Source of the DNA: Polyangiales bacterium
GTDB lineage: Bacteria; Myxococcota_A; Polyangia; Polyangiales; Ga0077539
Reading direction: 5' to 3'
NCBI GenBank assembly: GCA_044229975.1
Contig: JBGARZ010000005.1
Location: 320,001 to 384,000, forward strand
Length of the DNA stretch: 64,000 nt
The notes beneath the pieces are model-generated. The model ran no database searches. It worked only from the letters and a program-made list of their open reading frames with translations, and was not told the origin of the DNA. Shown here one piece after another: positions 1 through 9,264 of the stretch. The translations under genes and the position numbers were made by a program. Positions within the stretch are counted from its first letter, which is position 1. Every line of letters starts with the position of its first letter.

Positions 1-1017
1 GGCGTCGACGCAGGAACTCCCAAAGACGTCCCTCCCCCCGAAGACGTCGCCACCGAGACCGACGTCCCAGCGCCCATCGACGTGGCCCCCCATGGGGACG
101 TGCCCGCGCTCGTCGATGCGCCCACCGTCGACATCCCCCCTTCGCCGCGCGACCCACCCCCGCTCCGCCCGTACTCGCACGGAACGTGTCCCCGCCTCGT
201 CGGCGCGCCCACCTCCGATGCGGCCATCAACCGCGGGTTTCGCAGCGGCGGGCAGACGCGCACGTTTCGGCTGATCGTCCCGCGCAACTACGACGGCAGC
301 TCGGACTGGCCGGTGCTCTTCGCGTGGCACTGGCTCAACGCGTCGAGCGGATCGTTCGTGCGGCAGGGCGAGCTGGAGACCGCCACCGAGCAGATGCGCT
401 TCATCGCCATCGCGCCTGACGAGCAGCAGCGCGACAACGGCGACAGCCTCTTCCTCTTCGACTGGCCCTTCGCTGAGACCTGGGGCGTCGCCGACGAGCT
501 CACCTTCTTCGACGACATGCTCACCTGCGTGTCAGAGCAGTTTCGCGTGGACCGTCACCGCGTCCACGGCGTCGGCGTGAGCGCGGGTGGCCTCTGGCTC
601 ACGTACCTCTCCACCACCGACCGCGCGAACTACTTCGCCTCGGTAGAGGTCATGAGCGGCGGCCTCGGCGACGTGCTCGGCGTCTGGCGCATGGAGTACA
701 CGCCGCAGCCCAACAAGTTCCCCGCGATGGTGCTGTGGGGCGGGCCCTCGGACTTCCTCGGCGTCAACTTCGACGAGGCGTCACGGCGCTATCGCGACGC
801 GCTCATCCGCGACAACCACTTCGTCGAGCAGTGCGTCCACAGCTCCGGCCACGCCATGCCGCCGGTCGATCCTCCGGCCGACGGAGGGACGCGCTTCCGG
901 CCGCTGTGGCAGTTTCTGCTCGATCACCCGTACGGGCTCCCGCCACGGACGTCGCCGTATCAAGATGCCGGGATTCCGCCGGGATCGCCGTCGTGGTGCC
1001 ACGTCGCCACGCGGTAG
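1..1017 (+). CDS. PHB-depolymerase-like alpha/beta-hydrolase (esterase), 5'-partial, probably exported
   Basis: Frame is open from base 1. Asp/Pro-rich linker, then PVLFAWH, nucleophile elbow GVSAGG and C-terminal GH (SGHAMP). Confidence 0.75.
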   Translation, partial: GVDAGTPKDVPPPEDVATETDVPAPIDVAPHGDVPALVDAPTVDIPPSPRDPPPLRPYSHGTCPRLVGAPTSDAAINRGFRSGGQTRTFRLIVPRNYDGSSDWPVLFAWHWLNASSGSFVRQGELETATEQMRFIAIAPDEQQRDNGDSLFLFDWPFAETWGVADELTFFDDMLTCVSEQFRVDRHRVHGVGVSAGGLWLTYLSTTDRANYFASVEVMSGGLGDVLGVWRMEYTPQPNKFPAMVLWGGPSDFLGVNFDEASRRYRDALIRDNHFVEQCVHSSGHAMPPVDPPADGGTRFRPLWQFLLDHPYGLPPRTSPYQDAGIPPGSPSWCHVATR

Positions 1018-1022
1018 GCGCC

Positions 1023-1496
1023 TCAGTACGACGAGCCGTCCTTGCGGGTGAAGCGGGCCTTCCCGTCGGCCGCCTTGGCGTAGCGCAAGTCGTCATCGGG
1101 ATAGTCCGCGGTGTCGGCCGGGTCGCGGTTGCTGATCTCCAGATACCGCGCGGGCCGCTCGCTGCGGTTGACGAGCTGATGCCCGTTGCCTGAGCCCGCG
1201 GGGAAGCCCGCGCACATGCCCGCGGTGAGGAGCTGCTCGCCCTCGTCGGTTCGCAGCACCACCTCGCCTTCGAGCACGAACACGAGCTCGTCCTCGTGCG
1301 TGTGGCAGTGCCGCATCGACGACTCCCGTCCGGGGAAGAGCGTCGTGAGGTTGGTGCCGATCTTCGTGAGACCGAGGGCGTCGCCGAGCGCCCGCTTCTC
1401 GCGCGGCAGCACCCGTTGACGAAAGACCTCGGGGTAGCCGGACGTGTTGCGCGCAGCGATGGTCGACGGATCGAGGGCGGGGCGTCGTAGCGTCAT
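1023..1496 (-). CDS. Cupin domain protein
   Basis: SSMRHCHTHEDELVFVLEG and GNGHQLVNRS cupin motifs; C-terminal YPDDDL. Confidence 0.9.
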   Translation of the reverse strand: MTLRRPALDPSTIAARNTSGYPEVFRQRVLPREKRALGDALGLTKIGTNLTTLFPGRESSMRHCHTHEDELVFVLEGEVVLRTDEGEQLLTAGMCAGFPAGSGNGHQLVNRSERPARYLEISNRDPADTADYPDDDLRYAKAADGKARFTRKDGSSY

Positions 1497-1505
1497 GGTC
1501 TTTCC

Positions 1506-2159
1506 TCAGGGTTGCGGGCGCGCGGCGTCGTAGCGGTACGCGGTGCGCTGGGCCGACGAGCGGGTCGCAAACGCCGCGCTGAATCGCCGCAGGTTCGGAT
1601 GCGAGTCGTTGGGCACCGTGCGGCGAAAATCGAGGTGCTCCATGAGACAGAACACCGTCACCTCCAGCAGCGCGAGGTCGCGCTCGCGAGGCAGCGCATC
1701 GAGCGCGTCGGACAGGTTGGCGTCGAGCCACGCGAGGGCGCCATCAAGGCCGGTGCGGGTCTTCACCAGGTAGGCGTTGTCGGGCGGCAGCTTGCCGAGG
1801 CCCGCGCCGAGGATGAGCTGCACCTGCGCCGACATCGCGAGCCACGTCAGCTCCTGGGCGTTGCGGGCGACGTCCGTCGTGAGGTGCTCGGGCCAGACGA
1901 CCCGCGGGTCACTGCCGCGGCCGGCGATCTCCGCGAGCTTGCGGCAGACGTTTTCGGCGCCAAAGACCACCGACGAACCGACGCGCAGGGAAGGGATCTT
2001 CCGCGCCGGGTGTCCGCCGTACACCGCGGCGTCGAGGCTCGTGAGGTCACCCACGACCACCAGCTCGAAGGGCACGCCGAGCTCGTGCGCGAAGATCGCG
2101 GCCACGCGCGTGAAGTGCGAGCTGCTCCGCCCGACGAGCTCCACCACGGCGCTACTCAT
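1506..2159 (-). CDS. Glutathione S-transferase-like protein
   Basis: N-terminal GRSSSHFTRV and KIPSL thioredoxin-like segment; helical C-terminal domain (CLMEHLDFR, HPNL). Confidence 0.8.
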   Translation of the reverse strand: MSSAVVELVGRSSSHFTRVAAIFAHELGVPFELVVVGDLTSLDAAVYGGHPARKIPSLRVGSSVVFGAENVCRKLAEIAGRGSDPRVVWPEHLTTDVARNAQELTWLAMSAQVQLILGAGLGKLPPDNAYLVKTRTGLDGALAWLDANLSDALDALPRERDLALLEVTVFCLMEHLDFRRTVPNDSHPNLRRFSAAFATRSSAQRTAYRYDAARPQP

Positions 2160-3004
2160 CGGCGCCCTCCCCCGACCGGGTCGCGCTTCAGGGAGTGGGT
2201 GAAGAAGGCCAGGATCTCATCCCGCGCGGCGAGGGTGGGCTCCCCCGCGGCGTCGATGAGGTGCGCCGTCACGACGCTGTGCGGACAGCCGACGACCTGC
2301 TCGAAGAACGGCGGCGGCGTCGCGCTCGCGGCCGACGACGGCAGCACCCTCGGCCGGAAGCGCGGACCCAGCGCGGCGGCGTAGGCGTCGAAGCGCTGCG
2401 CCGTGCAGTGGCGATCGCCCTCGAAGCGGTACGCGAGCACCGTGAGGTCTTCGCGCTCGATGCGCTCCTTCACGGCAGCGAGCTCGGCGGGCGCGATCTG
2501 CACCGCCGCCGCGTCGTTGAGCGGCAGCGACGGCTGACAGAGGACGGAGGCCAGCATCGTGGGTTCGAGCATCATGCTAAGCGCGAAGCCTCCGGTGAAG
2601 CACATGCCGATGGCCCCGACGCCGACGCCGCCGCACTCCTCGTGGGCGAGGCGGGCGAGCGCGCGTAGCCATTGCGTCACCGGGGCCGACTCGTTGGCCG
2701 CGAGGGCGCGAAACTCCGCGCTCACGCAGGCGCGCTTGAGCACGGCGAGACCGGCCTCCGCCTCGGGGTACGCGCCGTCGCGCCCGAAGAGCGACGGCAG
2801 ATAGACGGTGAAGCCCGCGTCGCGAACCCACCGCGCAAAGCGCGCGACGTGGGGGCTGATGCCGGGCATCTCGGCCATCACGACGACGGCGGGCCCGACG
2901 CCCGCGACGTAGACGGTGCGGGTGGTTGCGTCGAGGGTGACGGCGCGGCGCGCGAAGTCGCTGAGCGGGTCGTCGGCGGTCGACGCTGGGGTCGGTGGGT
3001 TCAT
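2156..3004 (-). CDS. Dienelactone hydrolase family protein
   Basis: EMPGISP, GMCFTGGF nucleophile motif and HSVVTAH. ATG at 3004; 4-bp overlap with the GST gene. Confidence 0.9.
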   Translation of the reverse strand: MNPPTPASTADDPLSDFARRAVTLDATTRTVYVAGVGPAVVVMAEMPGISPHVARFARWVRDAGFTVYLPSLFGRDGAYPEAEAGLAVLKRACVSAEFRALAANESAPVTQWLRALARLAHEECGGVGVGAIGMCFTGGFALSMMLEPTMLASVLCQPSLPLNDAAAVQIAPAELAAVKERIEREDLTVLAYRFEGDRHCTAQRFDAYAAALGPRFRPRVLPSSAASATPPPFFEQVVGCPHSVVTAHLIDAAGEPTLAARDEILAFFTHSLKRDPVGGGRR

Positions 3005-3040
3005 GGCCCGACGATGCCCGATGGCGGCGTCGGTGGTGAG

Positions 3041-3075
3041 TGGCGAGATGGACAATGTTCGGTCTATTCTTGCCA
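3041..3075. promoter_or_regulatory. Putative operator of the GlxA/AraC regulator in the divergent intergenic region
   Basis: Imperfect inverted repeat TGGCGAGATGGAC...GTCTATTCTTGCCA between divergent genes; TGGC...GCCA sites are typical for this family. Confidence 0.45.
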
Positions 3076-3077
3076 GT

Positions 3078-4064
3078 GTGATCACGCATCTGGTGCTTGA
3101 TGGCGTGGCGGAGGGAGCGCTCGGAGTCGGCATCGACGTGGTGAGTACCGCCGCGCGGCTCGTCGAGGCGGGCCTCGTCCCGGCGGCGCGTCGCGCGAAG
3201 CCGCTGCGGCAGCGCGTGGTGTCCATCGACGGAGCACCGGTGCGATCGGGGACGGGGCGTTCGGTGTCGGTGGACGGAGCGTTTGGTTTGCGAGGCGTGG
3301 GGACTGGGGACGTCGTGGTGGTGCCGGGCTTGTCCGCCGCCACCGAACCGGCCGTCGAGCGCTTGCTGGCCCGGGCGGACGTGGCGCGCGGCGCACAGCT
3401 CCTCGCTCGCGCTTCGGCTCGCGGTGCGATGGTCGCGGCGTCGTGTTCGGCGACCTTCGTGGTCGCGGCGTCGGGGCTGCTCGCTGGGCGCAGCGCGACC
3501 ACGACGTGGTGGCTGGTTCCGGCGTTTGCGCGGCGGTTTCCGGACGTCGCGGTGTGCGTGGAGCGGATGGTGGTCGAGAGCGATGGCGTGCTCACGGCGG
3601 GCTCGGCCTTTGCGCACGCCGACCTGGTGCTGGGGCTCATCGCGCGGGTCGCGAGCCCGTCGCTCGCGCACATGGTGGCGCGCTACCTCGTGCTCGATGA
3701 GCGCGTGTCGCAGGCGCGTTACATGGTGATGGAGCACCTCCGCACCGCCGACCCGGTGCTCCGCGCGGTGGAGCGATTCGCGACCGCCAACGTGGGCCGA
3801 CAGCTCACGCTCGACGAGCTGGCGCGTGCGGGGGGAACCTCACCACGAACGCTCGCCCGCAAGGCGAAGGCCGCGGCGGGAATGACGCCGATGGAGTTCG
3901 TTCAGCGGGTGCGGGTGGCGCACGCGTCGCACCTGCTGGAGACGACGCAGGCGTCGGTGGAGGAGGTCGCGGCGCAGGTGGGCTATGCGGATGCGGCCGC
4001 GTTTCGGAGGGTGTTTCGCCGCTACGCCGGGGAGACACCACGAGGGAGGCGCGCGACCTCCTGA
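3078..4064 (+). CDS. GlxA-family AraC transcriptional regulator (DJ-1/PfpI + AraC HTH)
   Basis: ASCSATF, ATTTWW and LTAGSAFA, plus C-terminal VGYADAAAFRRVFRRYAGETP. GTG start at 3078 chosen; ATG at 3048 is possible. Confidence 0.9.
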   Translation: MITHLVLDGVAEGALGVGIDVVSTAARLVEAGLVPAARRAKPLRQRVVSIDGAPVRSGTGRSVSVDGAFGLRGVGTGDVVVVPGLSAATEPAVERLLARADVARGAQLLARASARGAMVAASCSATFVVAASGLLAGRSATTTWWLVPAFARRFPDVAVCVERMVVESDGVLTAGSAFAHADLVLGLIARVASPSLAHMVARYLVLDERVSQARYMVMEHLRTADPVLRAVERFATANVGRQLTLDELARAGGTSPRTLARKAKAAAGMTPMEFVQRVRVAHASHLLETTQASVEEVAAQVGYADAAAFRRVFRRYAGETPRGRRATS

Positions 4065-4080
4065 CGACGATCCACTCGAT

Positions 4081-4156
4081 GTCGTCGCACCTGCTCGCAG
4101 ACCGGGGTTGATCGCGTCTCGCGCCTGCACCCCGGTCTGCAAGCAGACGCGACGAC
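4081..4156. repeat. Intergenic palindrome (28-bp arms, 20-nt loop), REP-like
   Basis: 4081-4108 (gtcgtcgcacctgctcgcagaccggggt) pairs with 4129-4156 with 3 mismatches. Confidence 0.8.
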
Positions 4157-4220
4157 CTTGAAAGGATGATCCTGACGGCTCGACGTTCAACCGCAGCGCC
4201 GCATAGAGCCTCTCACTCGC

Positions 4221-5645
4221 ATGACGCTCAAGAAGCCCGTGGTGGTGATGGCCGGTGCCTCGGGCTTCGTTGGCAAGGCCCTCGCCCGCGCGCTCTCGCC
4301 CGACCACACCGTCGTCGGTCTTTCCCGCGGCGCTCGCTCGCCCGGTGAGCACGTCGCCGAGTGGCGCGCGTGCGATCTCTTCTCGCTCCTCGACGCCGAG
4401 CGCGCGCTGGCGGGCGCCGACTACGCCGTCTACCTCGTCCACAGCATGATGCCCTCGGCGCGGCTCACGCAGGGCTCCTTCCGCGACTTCGACCTCATCT
4501 GCGCCGACAACTTCGGGCGCGCCGCGAAGCACGCAGGCGTTCGACAGATCGTCTACCTGGGCGGCCTCGTCCCGCCGACGGGCGACCGCTCCGAGCACCT
4601 GGAGAGCCGCATGGAGGTCGAGCGTGCACTCGGCGATCACGGCGTCCCCGTCACCGCCCTGCGGGCGGGCATGGTCATCGGCGCGGGCGGGTCATCGTTT
4701 CAGATGTTGAAGCGCCTGGTGCAGCGCCTGCCGGTGATGCTCTGCCCGAACTGGACCTCCACGCGCATGCAGCCCATCGCCCTCGACGACGTGGTCGCGC
4801 TCCTGCGCTTCGCCCTCGGCCGCGAAGCGTGCTTCGGCGAGGCGTACGACGTGGGCTCTCCCGACGTCCTCAACTACCGCGAGCTGCTCGGGCTCACGGG
4901 CGAGCTCCTCACCGGCAAGCGTCCGACGCTGTATCCGCTGCCGTTCATGACGGTGGGGCTCTCGCGTCTGTGGGTGTCGCTGGTGACGGGCGCCCCGCTC
5001 GACCTCGTGTCGCCGCTCGTCGAGAGCCTCAAGCACGAGATGGTCACCGACGACCAGCGCCTCCAGGCCATGGCCAACCTCCCGGGGATGTCCGTGCGCG
5101 AGGCCCTCCAGCGCGCACTCGACGAAGACGACCACGCGTCGGAGCCCATCGCGTTTCAGCGCCCGCCCGCGCGCACCGAGCGGCGCGTGCGATCGGTGCA
5201 GCGCATGGGCGTGCCGCCGGGCCACGACGCGCTCTGGGCCGCCGAGGAGTACGTGCGCTGGCTGCCGACCTACTTCCGCGGATTGCTCCGCGTCACCGTC
5301 GACGACCAGCGCACCTGCCGCTTCGCGCTCGCGCCCATCGGAACGCTCCTGGAGCTCACCCTCGCCCCGGCGCGCTCGCACCCCGATCGGCAGCTCTTCT
5401 ACGTGACCGGCGGCCTGCTCGCGCGCTCCGCCAAGCGAGCCCGCTTCGAGCTGCGGCAGATGCTCGACGGATCGGTGCTGCTCGCCGGCATCCATGACTT
5501 CGAGCCGCGGCTGCCGTGGCCCATCTACGTCGCGACGCAGGGGCCCTTCCATGCGTGGGTGATGCGCGCCTTCGGTCGACACCTCGCGAAGGGAGCGTTC
5601 GCGGAGCGACGCTCGGGGTGGGAGGAGACGCCGACCGTTCTGTGA
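4221..5645 (+). CDS. NAD(P)-binding atypical SDR, YbjT-like
   Basis: GASGFVG Rossmann motif, YLVHSM, SEHLESRMEVE, QPIALDDV; C-terminal extension. Confidence 0.85.
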   Translation: MTLKKPVVVMAGASGFVGKALARALSPDHTVVGLSRGARSPGEHVAEWRACDLFSLLDAERALAGADYAVYLVHSMMPSARLTQGSFRDFDLICADNFGRAAKHAGVRQIVYLGGLVPPTGDRSEHLESRMEVERALGDHGVPVTALRAGMVIGAGGSSFQMLKRLVQRLPVMLCPNWTSTRMQPIALDDVVALLRFALGREACFGEAYDVGSPDVLNYRELLGLTGELLTGKRPTLYPLPFMTVGLSRLWVSLVTGAPLDLVSPLVESLKHEMVTDDQRLQAMANLPGMSVREALQRALDEDDHASEPIAFQRPPARTERRVRSVQRMGVPPGHDALWAAEEYVRWLPTYFRGLLRVTVDDQRTCRFALAPIGTLLELTLAPARSHPDRQLFYVTGGLLARSAKRARFELRQMLDGSVLLAGIHDFEPRLPWPIYVATQGPFHAWVMRAFGRHLAKGAFAERRSGWEETPTVL

Positions 5646-5652
5646 CCGGCGC

Positions 5653-6303
5653 CTATTCGTCCTCGGGGTTGTCCCGGGTGGCCTTCCAGATTCGGAGGTA
5701 TTCGTCGCGAACCAAGGGGTCGAGGTCGTCGCCGAGCTCGGCGGGAAGATCAACGTGCTTGATGACCTCCTGCACGTCAGCGAGGTCTTTCATGCGGCCC
5801 GGGTTGCTCATGCCCGAGGCCAGCTTCAACTCGACGAGGTCGCGTAGCGGCAAGACCATCACGGCCCCATTGCGGCGAGCTACCGAGGGGTCGGGGAAGG
5901 CGACAGCCTTGGGCTTCCCATCGCCGGGGAAGTCCCCCGTGAGGATCACGTCGATCTTCACGCCGTACTCGGTGTCCCGCATGCCCTTCGAGCCCGGGAA
6001 GTTCTCCACCCAACCGAGGCCAAGATGCCGGGCCTTGAACGACGCGAGCCCCTCCCGCGTGAGCAGGAGATCGACGACCGTCGTCACCCGCCGATAGCCG
6101 TGCGCGTTGAGCGCCATCGCCCCAGCGACCGCGTAGGGAATCCCGTCGGCTTCCAGCGCCGCGCACACCTTGTTCAGCGCCTTCTGCACTTCGCTGACGC
6201 CCAAGAAGAACTCCTCCGAGAACGCGACGCCCTCACGAAAACTTCGGACCTGCCGGGGCGTGAACCCGACCTGCTCGTGCGCACTCTTCACGAGTCGCAC
6301 CAT
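5653..6303 (-). CDS. Nucleotidyltransferase-fold protein
   Basis: IPYAVAGAMALNAHGYRRVTTVVDLL, KIDVI, LVELKL and RMKDLADV. ATG at 6303. Confidence 0.75.
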   Translation of the reverse strand: MVRLVKSAHEQVGFTPRQVRSFREGVAFSEEFFLGVSEVQKALNKVCAALEADGIPYAVAGAMALNAHGYRRVTTVVDLLLTREGLASFKARHLGLGWVENFPGSKGMRDTEYGVKIDVILTGDFPGDGKPKAVAFPDPSVARRNGAVMVLPLRDLVELKLASGMSNPGRMKDLADVQEVIKHVDLPAELGDDLDPLVRDEYLRIWKATRDNPEDE

Positions 6304-6359
6304 AGCGCCCTGTCGAGACGCTCGGGGACAGATGGCTCGGGCCGCGTGGCTCTCTTCGC

Positions 6360-8111
6360 TCAGTGACCGGGCACGCGGACGGGACCACCGCGCACGCCGA
6401 GGGACTGGTGGTCGTAGTGGACGTAGACGCGCGTCCCGGGGTTGCTGGGCGTCGCGTACACGCCGCCCCAGCCGGCCGGCACATGGGGCCCCGTCCACTC
6501 GTAGAACCAGCGCGCGTCGGGCGGGCTCAGGTTGACGCAGCCGTGCGAGTGCGTCGCCCCGAAGCCGCCGTGCCAGAACGCTCCATGCAGCGCAAACGAC
6601 CCGTCGAAGTACATCACCCAGGGGACGTCCTCGATGCTGTACGGGCCGCCGCTGCTGTTGCCGTCCATGGTCGTCGCGACGTGCTTCGACAGGATGCGGA
6701 AGGCCCCTTGGACGGTCTCGTAGTTCTCGTCGGGGTTGGTGCGGTCGCGGCGACCGGAGCTCACCAGGGTGACGTACACCGCGCGCGTCCCCTCGTAGGC
6801 CACGGCGATCTGGCGGTCGAGGTTCACGTCGATCCAGCGCTCGTCGGGCGCGAGGTCGGACGGCGGGGCGTGCGGCGCCGCGATGCGCACCTGCCGCGCG
6901 CGGACGAAGCCGCCGTCGGTGGTGTGGTGATACGTCTCGCCCGCGATGGTCACCGGCGGATCGCTCGTGAGCGCCACGATGGAGCGCCAACCGAGCCGCG
7001 CGCGCTGCACCATGGTGCGACCGTTGAGGCGATAGGTCGCGGCGCCGGGGCCCATCGCGAAGGCCACGGGCAGCGGGTGCTCGGCGTCGAGGGCGGCGCC
7101 CTGGAAGGAGTTGGTGCCCGCGAGCACGTTGAGCGCGCCCGCGCGGACGTAGCCGCCGGACTGCGTGTGCCAGAAGGAGGTTCCGTTGGCGGAGCGCTCT
7201 TCGCGACGGAGCGAGACGTACATGCCCGCGAGGGCGCGTCGCTGCATCACGGAGCCGGGCGGGCCGACGAGGTCCTCGATGCGCACCGGACCTGGGACGG
7301 TGGGCTGCGACGCGATGCGAAGTGCCTCGACCGCGCGCTCATCTTCGCCAGTGGGCAACCGACGGAAGATGGGCGCGTTGCGTTCGGCGCGCGCGTAGGT
7401 GAAGGGCATCGGCGACGCGAGGTCGGGCGGCGCGGGGAGCCGCGAGGTGATGGCCTCGTCGGTGAGGCTGGCCGTGAGCGTCGCGAGCGCGCCGACGCAG
7501 ACGTATCCGCCGCCGTCGACCTCGTACCAGCCGCGCCCCGGAGCGTTGCGCCGCGCGGGGCAGCCGTCGTTGCCCACGGGACCGCGCACCACGGCGATGC
7601 GAGCGCCCGCGCGGAGGTAGCCGACCCACACGCCGGTGCGCCGCGGAACATCGACGACCCCCGTGCGCCAGCCGAGCGCGGTGATGGTCGGTCGCGTGTC
7701 GACGACGCCCGCGTCGGCCTCGACGGCGGCATCGTCCAGCGAAGCATCGGCGAGCGAAGCATCGGCGAGCGAAGCATCGGCGAGCGAAGCGTCGTCGGGC
7801 GAGGCGTCCGCGGCGTCATCGACGACGGCGTCGGGGAGGTCGGCGTCGGCCGCGCCCGCATCGAGCGGGCCCGCGTCGGGCTCGGGTTCGAGGGCTGATC
7901 CGCCGGCGTCGTCGTCGACCTGCGGCGGGCGGCTCGGGTCTTCCACGGGCGGCAACCGCAGCGGCTCGGCGACGGTCACCGCGGCCGCGTCGACTGGGGC
8001 GGTAGCGTTGCTCCAGAGCTCGTCGAGGCTCGCGCATCCGAGCGGCGACGCGAGCGCGAAGACGAAGGCAGCGTGGACGAGCGCGGAGCGGCCGCGAGCG
8101 GTGGGGCGCAT
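6360..8111 (-). CDS. L,D-transpeptidase (YkuD family) lipoprotein
   Basis: Lipobox-like PLGC; C-terminal ALHGAFWH...SHGCVNL catalytic motif. Confidence 0.9.
   Translation of the reverse strand: MRPTARGRSALVHAAFVFALASPLGCASLDELWSNATAPVDAAAVTVAEPLRLPPVEDPSRPPQVDDDAGGSALEPEPDAGPLDAGAADADLPDAVVDDAADASPDDASLADASLADASLADASLDDAAVEADAGVVDTRPTITALGWRTGVVDVPRRTGVWVGYLRAGARIAVVRGPVGNDGCPARRNAPGRGWYEVDGGGYVCVGALATLTASLTDEAITSRLPAPPDLASPMPFTYARAERNAPIFRRLPTGEDERAVEALRIASQPTVPGPVRIEDLVGPPGSVMQRRALAGMYVSLRREERSANGTSFWHTQSGGYVRAGALNVLAGTNSFQGAALDAEHPLPVAFAMGPGAATYRLNGRTMVQRARLGWRSIVALTSDPPVTIAGETYHHTTDGGFVRARQVRIAAPHAPPSDLAPDERWIDVNLDRQIAVAYEGTRAVYVTLVSSGRRDRTNPDENYETVQGAFRILSKHVATTMDGNSSGGPYSIEDVPWVMYFDGSFALHGAFWHGGFGATHSHGCVNLSPPDARWFYEWTGPHVPAGWGGVYATPSNPGTRVYVHYDHQSLGVRGGPVRVPGH
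7738..7790. repeat. 15-bp coding tandem repeat, ~3.5 copies (DASLA units)
   Basis: agcgaagcatcggcg repeated inside the L,D-transpeptidase linker. Confidence 0.9.
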
Positions 8112-8195
8112 GACGACTCCGGTGGAAGGGACTCATCGCGCGCTAGCACGCCGGGGGCGGTGGTCGTCCAGTTACGGGCAGACGGGCGGGGCCCC

Positions 8196-9254
8196 TCACT
8201 CATCAACCTGCTGCGACGCCGCGGCGACCGACTCCTCCTCGTACGTCCGCAAGATCGCCACGCAGAGCGTCACGATCACCGGACCCACCACGAGGCCGAT
8301 CACCCCGAACACTTCTACCCCGCCGAAGAGCGACACGAAGGTCAGCACCGCGGGCACGCCCGAGTCGCGTCCCACCAGCTTCGGGCGGATCACGTAGTCG
8401 GTGACGATGCCGACGATGAGCGCGCCGTACACCAGCTCGATGACGCCGCGCGCGAGGTGGCCCGACGCGATGAGGTAGATGCCCGCGGGGATCCAGACCA
8501 GCAGCGTCCCCACCGCAGGCACCAGCGACGCCACGGCCGTCAGCGCGCCGAAAAACGCCGGGTCGGGCACGCCCGTCACCCAGTAGCCGAGGCCCGCGAG
8601 GATGCCCTGAAGAACGCCCGTCACGACGGTGCCGCGCAGCACCTCGCTCCCCACCTTGCGAAACTGATTGAACAACGACCGCGTGTGGCGCGGCGCGAAG
8701 GGGAAGGCGACCTCGGCGCGGCGGACGATCGCGTTCCAGTGGCGGAGCACGTAGTAGGTGGCCAGGCCCATGAAGAAGAGCGTGAGCAGCCCCGCGAAGG
8801 TGGCGCCCGCGACGCCCGCCGCGACCTCCGCCGCGCGCGTCCCGGCCGACATGGCCTCGTCCTGAAGGTGCGCGAAGGCCGCGTCGGGGTTGGCGTGCAC
8901 CGCGCGGAGCCCACGCTCGACGAGCCGCCGCAGCACGCCACCCGACGCGAGCATCGTGGGCAGCGCCTGCACCAGCACGACGCCGCGCGTGATGAAGAGC
9001 ACCGCGAAGCCCGCGCAGGCCGCCGTCACCAGGGTCATCGCGCCGAGCACGCACACGAGGTCCGCGCTCGTGGCGCTCCACCCGCGACCCCGCAGGCGTC
9101 CGTAGAAGGGCTGGAGCGTGAAGGCCAGGAGAGCGCCCAGGAAGAGACCGACCCCGACGGGAGACGCGATCCACAAGAGCGCCGCCAGGGCCGCGAGCGC
9201 AAGGTACTTGAGCGCGCGAGCCTGGGACGCCTTCGTGGAGTGGTCGGCGCTCAC
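8196..9254 (-). CDS. AI-2E family transporter
   Basis: Multi-TM protein with LVPAVGTLLVWIP, DYVIRPKLVG and FGVIGLVVGP motifs. Confidence 0.9.
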   Translation of the reverse strand: MSADHSTKASQARALKYLALAALAALLWIASPVGVGLFLGALLAFTLQPFYGRLRGRGWSATSADLVCVLGAMTLVTAACAGFAVLFITRGVVLVQALPTMLASGGVLRRLVERGLRAVHANPDAAFAHLQDEAMSAGTRAAEVAAGVAGATFAGLLTLFFMGLATYYVLRHWNAIVRRAEVAFPFAPRHTRSLFNQFRKVGSEVLRGTVVTGVLQGILAGLGYWVTGVPDPAFFGALTAVASLVPAVGTLLVWIPAGIYLIASGHLARGVIELVYGALIVGIVTDYVIRPKLVGRDSGVPAVLTFVSLFGGVEVFGVIGLVVGPVIVTLCVAILRTYEEESVAAASQQVDE

Positions 9255-9264
9255 ACGAGCGTCC

